In this document: positions 13,282 through 19,271 of the stretch, piece after piece
Layout: every line of letters begins with the position of its first letter
Position numbering within the stretch: position 1 is the stretch's first letter
IMG/VR virus record: IMGVR_UViG_3300012933_000034
Span: 1-39,688 of that record
Reading direction: 5' to 3' (one strand)
From: a virus
Length of the DNA stretch: 39,688 nt
Made by a program: the position numbers and the translations under genes
Notes under the pieces: generated by a model
Seen by the model: only the letters and a program-made list of their open reading frames with translations
Told to the model about the DNA's origin: nothing
Databases searched by the model: none

Positions 13282-13384
13282 TTGGCCTTTTCCACCAGCA
13301 ACAGGTGCAGTTCCTTGGACTGCCAAGCAAATCAAAGCGTATCAACAAGCGCAACGCGCACAACTGCCAGAGGCTCCGCTATGA
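13259..13384 (+). CDS. Possible 41-aa protein (MTAMTLTNWPFPPATGAVPWTAKQIKAYQQAQRAQLPEAPL)
   Basis: This is the 3' part of tracked ORF 13145..13384. Its stop is ATGA-coupled to the 13381 start. The 5' part of the tracked ORF overlaps the zinc-finger ORF in another frame. Confidence 0.4.
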   Translation: MTAMTLTNWPFPPATGAVPWTAKQIKAYQQAQRAQLPEAPL

Positions 13385-13728
13385 GTAACGCCACATCAAC
13401 AGCGCAAGCATACGAATGGGTAAAAACAGGGCATTGGTCTTTGCGTCAATTCCGTGAGTGGTTTGAAGCACTAGCCAAGCAAGAGCAGGGTGAGCCTGTG
13501 GCGTGGATGAGTGAAGATGAATGTATTGTTTACACAAGCAAACAAGTTGATGGTTGTTTTCAACACGACCACATTCCTCTCTACACCACACCACAACAAC
13601 GCACATGGGTTGGGCTAAGTGTTTTTGAAATCAACGAACTTGTGGAAAACACAGAGTACGAAGATTATTCCGATTTAGTTGAAAGAACAGAAGCCAAATT
13701 AAAGGAAAAAAATGCGTTATGCAGCTAG
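13381..13728 (+). CDS. Hypothetical 115-aa protein
   Basis: The ATG at 13381 is coupled to the upstream stop. The tracked 13282 start is an extension. Confidence 0.6.
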   Translation: MSNATSTAQAYEWVKTGHWSLRQFREWFEALAKQEQGEPVAWMSEDECIVYTSKQVDGCFQHDHIPLYTTPQQRTWVGLSVFEINELVENTEYEDYSDLVERTEAKLKEKNALCS

Positions 13729-13975
13729 GGTGGATGCCAACCAAGACCAAATCGTTTCTGCTTTACGCGCTGCTGGTGCTTACGTCTGGATTATTGGCTT
13801 ACCTGTGGACTTATTGGTCGGCTACAACGGGCAGACATACCTTGTAGAGGTCAAAACTAACTCTAAAAAGCGTTTAACGAAGCTACAGCAGGCTTTTTTT
13901 GAAAAGTGGATAGGTGGTCGCTTAGAGCGTATTGAAGGCGCTGAAGAGGCTTTACGCATGATTGGGGTTATATGA
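13712..13975 (+). CDS. VRR-NUC-like PD-(D/E)XK nuclease (possible junction resolvase, 87 aa)
   Basis: ARVDANQDQIVSALRAAGAYV...VDLLVGYNGQTYLVEVK...LTKLQQAFFEKW...AEEALRMIG fits the VRR-NUC pattern. Confidence 0.55.
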   Translation: MRYAARVDANQDQIVSALRAAGAYVWIIGLPVDLLVGYNGQTYLVEVKTNSKKRLTKLQQAFFEKWIGGRLERIEGAEEALRMIGVI

Positions 13976-14187
13976 GTGCATTAGATGACCAAGTTGGTGG
14001 TGACCACTACAAGAAGCTGAAGATTCAGCCCATTGAGTACATCCATGCCAACCAAATTGGTTACATGGAAGGCAACGTCATCAAGTATGTGAGCCGTTGG
14101 AAAGAAAAGAATGGCATCAAAGATTTGGAAAAAGCCAAGCACTACATTGACTTGTTGATAGAACTCGAGGCAAAAAATGCGTTATGA
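13972..14187 (+). CDS. DUF3310-family protein (71 aa)
   Basis: QVGGDHYKKLKIQPIEYI...GNVIKYVSRWKEKNGIKDLEKAKHYIDLLIE is the family signature. Confidence 0.8.
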   Translation: MSALDDQVGGDHYKKLKIQPIEYIHANQIGYMEGNVIKYVSRWKEKNGIKDLEKAKHYIDLLIELEAKNAL

Positions 14188-14590
14188 CCTTATTGACAAG
14201 CCGCAAGCCAAGGCTTTGATGCTAAATCTTTGGCCTAAAGTGATTCAGGCGCTTGAATCTGGCAGGAAACTTACGTTGGAGATCAAAGACGCAAGCAAAA
14301 GCCGTGACCAAGAGAAGAAATATCACGCAATCCTGCGGGAAATAGCTCAACATTCGCAACACATGGGTTCAAAGTGGGATGCTGACGATTGGAAACGCCT
14401 ATTGGTGTGGCAATTCTGTAAGGAAAAGGCTATTGATGCGGGAAAAGTCGTGCCAAGCCTAGACATGACGGGGATTGTTCAGCTTGGACAGCAAACCCGC
14501 AAGTTCACCAAAGAGCAGGCAAGCGAATTTGTGGACTATTTGAACGCCTGGTGTGCAGAACATGGAGTAGAGACAAATGAAACAAGATGA
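14177..14590 (+). CDS. ninB: NinB/Orf-family recombination mediator (137 aa)
   Basis: TLEIKDASKSRDQEKKYHAILREIAQHSQHMGSKWDADDWKRLLV aligns by eye with lambda NinB (VVTIQERNRSLDQNRKLWACLGDVSRQVEWHGRWLDAESWKCVF). Confidence 0.7.
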   Translation: MRYDLIDKPQAKALMLNLWPKVIQALESGRKLTLEIKDASKSRDQEKKYHAILREIAQHSQHMGSKWDADDWKRLLVWQFCKEKAIDAGKVVPSLDMTGIVQLGQQTRKFTKEQASEFVDYLNAWCAEHGVETNETR

Positions 14591-14804
14591 AATCATTGAG
14601 ATGGCTAGACAGGCTGGTGCTGTTAGCGGAAAACCAACGCCAGATGCGCCTGAGATTGTTTTTACACAATGTTTAGACATTTACCGCTTTGCCAAACTGG
14701 TAGCAGCTAAAGAGCGTGAGGCGTGTGCAAAGTTGTGTGAAAAAGATGACTCAATGCGTTGGAGTGGTGCTGCTGACGCAATCCGAGCAAGAGGTGAAAC
14801 ATGA
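14577..14804 (+). CDS. Hypothetical 75-aa protein
   Basis: In the operon frame. FAKLVAAKEREACAKLCE...IRARG is a recurrent small phage protein pattern. Confidence 0.6.
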   Translation: MKQDEIIEMARQAGAVSGKPTPDAPEIVFTQCLDIYRFAKLVAAKEREACAKLCEKDDSMRWSGAADAIRARGET

Positions 14805-15262
14805 GAAAGCAATGTAAGCGCAAGGTTTGGTCAACCAACATCAACCCAATAGCCCATGCAATCTCAGGAGCATCCATTTCTGACAAGCAATCATTGGACA
14901 AACTGAGGCTTTGTGAGTTATCAGCCATTGACGCAATGACCAAGGGCATGGGAACGACAGAAGATTGGCGCTGGCTGGCTGACGTTATCAACATTGCCGA
15001 AACAATGGGAAAGTCAGGGATTGGTCCTGAAGTCCTGCCATATTGTCAAGAAGCTCAGACTGCCATGCTGGAATGTGCCAAACGCTATCAAGAAACCAAG
15101 AAAATGGGCTTATCAGGCGCAGGAATCAAGGCAATTCATGATGTTTGGGAGTTTCACGACCTTCAGAGGACAAGCATTCCACGGTCAGAATACGAAAAAA
15201 TGATTCGTAAGACAGCGAATCACATCAAGAGCAAGGGTAAAGACGTTGTGGAGATAGCATGA
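14801..15262 (+). CDS. Hypothetical 153-aa protein (conserved prophage family, function unknown)
   Basis: NPIAHAISGASI...LDKLRLCELSAIDAM...GIGPEVL...FHDLQRTSIPRSEYEKMI recurs in proteobacterial prophage nin-like regions. Confidence 0.65.
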   Translation: MRKQCKRKVWSTNINPIAHAISGASISDKQSLDKLRLCELSAIDAMTKGMGTTEDWRWLADVINIAETMGKSGIGPEVLPYCQEAQTAMLECAKRYQETKKMGLSGAGIKAIHDVWEFHDLQRTSIPRSEYEKMIRKTANHIKSKGKDVVEIA

Positions 15263-15591
15263 AAGCCTATAAATCGTTTTATTTTGAAGCCGCGCATTCA
15301 TTGCCAGACAATCCTGCCGTTCACGGCCATTCGTACCGTGTGACGTTATGGTTTGCCACAAGTGCTGAAAATCCTGTAAGTTTGTCAGGAATTGAAAAGG
15401 TTGAATGGCAAGTTAAGCGGATTGTTGACCACAGGATGCTCAATGACTTCATGCCAGACCCAACAATGGAGTCAATTTCCGAATATTTGAGCAATTACGC
15501 CCGTCAGATCATTGACGCACAGCGTATTCAGGTGGAATTCTTGGGTGTAGACGTAGACCGCGCATCCATTAACTTTGGGATAACGACATGA
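15259..15591 (+). CDS. queD: QueD/PTPS-like T-fold protein (110 aa) lacking the catalytic Cys loop
   Basis: FYFEAAHSLP...VHGHSY and DHRMLND match the QueD motifs FTFEAAHRLP...CGRLHGHSF and DHHYLND. About 6 residues containing the catalytic Cys are absent. Confidence 0.65.
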   Translation: MKAYKSFYFEAAHSLPDNPAVHGHSYRVTLWFATSAENPVSLSGIEKVEWQVKRIVDHRMLNDFMPDPTMESISEYLSNYARQIIDAQRIQVEFLGVDVDRASINFGITT

Positions 15592-16325
15592 TTCACTATC
15601 ACGGACTACCAATTACTCCAGCAACTGCCGCTGCCAAGGCAATAGATGCAGGACACGCATTCGTTTCTTTTGCCCATGCTGATCAACTTGGGGTAGCAAT
15701 CGAGGTTTGTCAGTCTTTTGCGATTGATAACGGGGCTTTCTCGGCATGGAAAAGCGGAAAACCAGTTGAAGATTGGACTGCTTTTTACGATTGGGCGCTA
15801 AACCTAAAGAAAGTGCCATCTTGTGACTTTGCCGTCATTCCTGATGTGATTGACGGAACGGAAGCTGACAACGATGCGCTTTTGCGTGATTGCCCATTGC
15901 CAACATGGTTTGGCGCTCCCGTGTGGCATATGCACGAAAGCCTAGAACGCCTAGAACAGTTGGCAAACACCTATGTTCGGGTCTGCATTGGTAGTTCTGG
16001 GGAGTTTTCAACAGTTGGAAGTCAAGCCTGGTGGTCAAGAATCGGACAAGCCATGAGGATTCTTTGTGATGAGCAAGGTAGACCCATGTGCAAACTTCAC
16101 GGATTGAGGATGCTTGACCCTGCCGTGTTCACCAAATTGCCGTTTGCATCCGCTGACAGCACAAATATTGGCAGAAACGTAGGGATAGACAACAACTGGA
16201 AGGTTGGGAACTATCTACCGCCCACAAAGGAAATGAGAGCCGCAGTTATGCGTTCTCGCATTGAATCCCATAACGCACCAGCCGTTTGGGGCTTTCACCA
16301 AGTAGAGCAAGGACTTTTGCTGTGA
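15588..16325 (+). CDS. dpdA: TGT-fold, DpdA-like putative DNA (7-deazaguanine) transglycosylase (245 aa)
   Basis: The motif order IDNGAF, IPDVIDG, KLHGLRM, SADSTN parallels TGT TDSGGF, FDE, LMGVG/LFGIG, FDC/S. ATGA-coupled to the queD-like gene. The assignment rests on by-eye motif matching only. Confidence 0.45.
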   Translation: MIHYHGLPITPATAAAKAIDAGHAFVSFAHADQLGVAIEVCQSFAIDNGAFSAWKSGKPVEDWTAFYDWALNLKKVPSCDFAVIPDVIDGTEADNDALLRDCPLPTWFGAPVWHMHESLERLEQLANTYVRVCIGSSGEFSTVGSQAWWSRIGQAMRILCDEQGRPMCKLHGLRMLDPAVFTKLPFASADSTNIGRNVGIDNNWKVGNYLPPTKEMRAAVMRSRIESHNAPAVWGFHQVEQGLLL

Positions 16326-16624
16326 TGATTCCTAAGTTCAACTACTTTCGTAGCAAAGCCCACCTAAAGAACGTAGCAAGCCTAGCCTGTCAGAACTGTG
16401 GAATGGAAGGACAGACACAAGCAGCGCATTCAAACTGGGCAGAGCATGGAAAGGGAAGAGGAATCAAAGCAAGCGACATATTCACAGCCGCCTTATGTCA
16501 GACTTGCCATGCAGAACTAGACCAAGGCCAACATCTGAGCAAAGAACAGAGAAGGCAAATGTGGGATGAAGCCTACAAAAGAACAAAGCAAAGGCTAAAG
16601 GATGAAGGTAAATGGATTGAGTAA
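16325..16624 (+). CDS. DUF1364 (YbcO-like) putative nuclease (99 aa)
   Basis: FRSKAHLKNVASLACQNCGMEGQTQAAHSNW...GIKASDIFTAALCQTCHAELDQG matches the DUF1364 Cys/His pattern. Start at the ATG at 16325. Confidence 0.65.
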   Translation: MIPKFNYFRSKAHLKNVASLACQNCGMEGQTQAAHSNWAEHGKGRGIKASDIFTAALCQTCHAELDQGQHLSKEQRRQMWDEAYKRTKQRLKDEGKWIE

Positions 16625-16646
16625 AAAAGCATTAGTCTCGGAGAAG

Positions 16647-16689
16647 CTATCTTTACTCTTCCTATAGGGTAAGACAAAGGTAAAGATAG
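16647..16689. promoter_or_regulatory. Perfect 10-bp inverted repeat with a nested hairpin, upstream of terS
   Basis: CTATCTTTAC (16647-16656) pairs with GTAAAGATAG (16680-16689). The interior TCTTCCTATAGGGTAAGA is itself partly palindromic. Followed by ATAGACAGACAGAC. Confidence 0.5.
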
Positions 16690-16816
16690 GATAGACAGAC
16701 AGACTATTGGCGACAACACAAAAAGAAGTGACAATAACTAAACCCTGATAAACACTAGGCTTGGACACTTTTTAGCAAGAAAATGTTTTACTACGCACAC
16801 GCGCATGAGGTAATAA

Positions 16817-17362
16817 ATGGAAAACGCAGTTGATTACACGCATAAAAGTATCGAATCGGAGCAATCTGAGAAGCTGCCTCGCATCTTGAAGATGGGAAGG
16901 CCAGTTATCTTTCCGATTGAGAACCCTGTCTGGAAGCAGATCGCTGAAGGCATAAGCGCAGGCAAGAGCCTAACTAGCGTCTTGAAGGCTGAGGGAATGC
17001 CAAGCTACTCGATGGCTAGGAACATGATCAACAACAGCGCTGAGTTCAGAGCCATGTACGACAAGGCTGTGGAAGACAGGGCTGATAAGCTGGCAGAGGA
17101 GATCATTGAGCTATCAGACGCAGAGATGCCTGAAGGTCTGAAAGGACCAGAGGCTAGTGCTTGGGTACAGCAGAAGAGACTCCAGGTGGATGCAAGGAAG
17201 TGGGTAGCAAGTAAGTTGAAGCCAAGAACGTATGGCGATAAGATTGACGTAAGCGTTACAGACGCTAGGATTAGTGTCATTGACGCTATCACCGAGGCTC
17301 AATCAAGGGTAACATTCGACAAGTCCACAGCCACAGATGTCACGCCAAAGCCTACAGAATGA
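16817..17362 (+). CDS. terS: Terminase small subunit (181 aa)
   Basis: HTH-like IAEGISAGKSLTSVLKAEGMPSYSMARNMI, then RADKLAEEIIELSD and QVDARKWVASKLKPRTYGDK, a typical TerS pattern. Directly upstream of terL. Confidence 0.8.
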   Translation: MENAVDYTHKSIESEQSEKLPRILKMGRPVIFPIENPVWKQIAEGISAGKSLTSVLKAEGMPSYSMARNMINNSAEFRAMYDKAVEDRADKLAEEIIELSDAEMPEGLKGPEASAWVQQKRLQVDARKWVASKLKPRTYGDKIDVSVTDARISVIDAITEAQSRVTFDKSTATDVTPKPTE

Positions 17363-17390
17363 CCCGCTGTCCAATCCCAACCTAACCCAA

Positions 17391-17415
17391 GGGGCGGGGG
17401 GTAGGGCCGACAGGG
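17391..17415 (+). other. G-quadruplex-type motif in the terS-terL spacer
   Basis: GGGGCGGGGGGTAGGGCCGACAGGG has four G-tracts of at least 3 with loops of 1, 2 and 6 nt. An alternative hairpin can form with CCTAACCC (17381-17388). Confidence 0.5.
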
Positions 17416-17488
17416 AAAGGTCACAGGAACGGTGGACCCGTGAACAAAATTTATTTTTTTCTTTTAAAAAATCGCGCAAAGGCTGTTA

Positions 17489-19012
17489 ATGCAAACTCCA
17501 ATTTATAAGTCTGAAGAAGAACAAAAGCTAATGGTGGAGCTGTGGTCGCCTGCGATTGCAGATGACCCTGAAGCCTTTGTCCTCTTCGCCTTCCCTTGGG
17601 GTCAAAAAAACACGCCTTTGGCTAACTTCAGCGGCCCAAGAAAGTGGCAACGCGAGGTTTTGCGGGAGATTACCGCCCATATCAAGAAGCAAAAAGGGCT
17701 TATTGACTACGAAACCATCCGCATGGCTGTCTCATCTGGTCGCGGTATCGGTAAATCGGCTTTGGTTTCTTGGCTTATTCTTTGGATGCTGACCACAAGG
17801 ATTGGCGGCTCGGTGGTGGTTTCGGCTAACAGCGAAAACCAATTGCGCTCAGTCACATGGGCTGAATTGACAAAATGGGCGGCTATGCTTATCAATTCGC
17901 ATTGGTGGGAAGTATCAGCGACTAAGTTGACCCCTGCTAAGTGGCTGACTGACCTTGTAGAACGTGATTTGAAGAAAGGTACGCGCTATTGGGCGTGTGA
18001 AGGCAAGCTGTGGAGCGCCGAAAACCCTGATTCTTACGCTGGTGTCCACAACCAAGACGGCATGATGCTGATTTTTGACGAATCTAGCGGTATTCCTAAC
18101 CCGATTTGGGAAGTTGGCGCAGGCTTCTTTACAGAAAACAGCCCAGACCGCTATTGGTTTGCGTTTTCCAACCCCCGTAGGAACGAAGGTTACTTTTTTG
18201 AGTGCTTCCATGCCAAACGGGACTTTTGGACATCAAAAATCGTTGATGCTCGCACTGTTGAGGACACAGACAAGTCAATTTACGAGCAAATCATTGCCGA
18301 ATATGGCGAAGACAGCTCTCAGGCCAAGGTTGAGGTCTACGGAGAGTTCCCATCTGCGGGTGAAGACCAATTCATTTCGCCCATGATCGTGGATGACGCT
18401 ATGAAGCGCCCAAAATGGAAGGACTTAACCGCCCCAACCATCGTGGGTGTTGACCCTGCCCGTGGTGGCGCTGACTCTACAGTGATTGCGGTGCGTCAAG
18501 GCCGAGACATTGTGTCCATCAAACGCTACAAAGGCGAAGATACGATGGAAATCGTGGGTCGGGTGATTGAAGCGATTGAAGAATTCAAGCCTACCCTAAC
18601 GGTGATTGACGAAGGCGGTTTGGGGTACGGAATTTTGGACCGCTTGACCGAACAACGCTACAAAGTGCGTGGCGTAAACTTTGGAAACAAGGCAAAACAT
18701 CCACAAGCCTTTGGAAATAAACGCGCCGAGATGTGGAATGATATGAGGAACTGGCTAAAATCTGCTAGTATTCCCACAGATCGACAATTGAAAGCCGACT
18801 TAACTGGGCCGACAAAAAAGCCCAATTCGTCTGGAACTATATTCTTGGAAGGCAAAAAAGAGATGAAAGCCCGTGGCCTTGCTTCTCCTGACGCAGCCGA
18901 TGCTATCGCTGTGACATTTGCTTTCCCTGTGGCTCATAGGTCTTACACAGAAGTTGCTCGGCGCATTGTGTCTGAGCGCAGTTCAGTTCAAACAGGATGG
19001 ATGGGCAGTTAA
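17489..19012 (+). CDS. terL: Terminase large subunit (507 aa)
   Basis: Walker A-like SSGRGIGKSALVS, a Walker B-like MMLIFDESSGI, and a C-terminal nuclease region (VGVDPARGGADSTVIAV). Size and position match P22 gp2. Confidence 0.9.
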   Translation: MQTPIYKSEEEQKLMVELWSPAIADDPEAFVLFAFPWGQKNTPLANFSGPRKWQREVLREITAHIKKQKGLIDYETIRMAVSSGRGIGKSALVSWLILWMLTTRIGGSVVVSANSENQLRSVTWAELTKWAAMLINSHWWEVSATKLTPAKWLTDLVERDLKKGTRYWACEGKLWSAENPDSYAGVHNQDGMMLIFDESSGIPNPIWEVGAGFFTENSPDRYWFAFSNPRRNEGYFFECFHAKRDFWTSKIVDARTVEDTDKSIYEQIIAEYGEDSSQAKVEVYGEFPSAGEDQFISPMIVDDAMKRPKWKDLTAPTIVGVDPARGGADSTVIAVRQGRDIVSIKRYKGEDTMEIVGRVIEAIEEFKPTLTVIDEGGLGYGILDRLTEQRYKVRGVNFGNKAKHPQAFGNKRAEMWNDMRNWLKSASIPTDRQLKADLTGPTKKPNSSGTIFLEGKKEMKARGLASPDAADAIAVTFAFPVAHRSYTEVARRIVSERSSVQTGWMGS

Positions 19013-19025
19013 TGCCAACGAAATA

Positions 19026-19271
19026 ATGACCCTAAAAGCACTAAAAGACTGCGTTATCATTGAGCGCGACATTGAAAAGCATGAATTATTTGTGCTTCCC
19101 CCTGGCGACCCAATGGAAACAGGCATTGTTGTAGCCGTTGGACCTGACTGCAAAGACATTAAGGTTGGCGACCACCTTTATTTTGGCGTTGGGCAAGAAT
19201 TTACACATGAGAAGCATGACTACATTGTTATGCGTGAGCCTCATGTAACTGGAGTTTTGGAACATGGCTGA
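19026..19271 (+). CDS. groES: GroES/Cpn10-like co-chaperonin (81 aa) with a shortened mobile loop
   Basis: LKALKDCVIIER, GIVVAVGPD, IKVGDHLYF and YIVMREPHVTGVLE align with E. coli GroES IRPLHDRVIVKR, GEVLAVGNG, VKVGDIVIF and VLIMSESDILAIVE. Confidence 0.7.
   Translation: MTLKALKDCVIIERDIEKHELFVLPPGDPMETGIVVAVGPDCKDIKVGDHLYFGVGQEFTHEKHDYIVMREPHVTGVLEHG

Noticed and set aside
12869-13363. A 164-aa minus-strand ORF
   Set aside because: It is antisense to a chain of translationally coupled plus-strand genes. Its translation is Cys/His/Arg/Leu-rich and low-complexity. No minus-strand promoter or neighbouring genes exist in this region.
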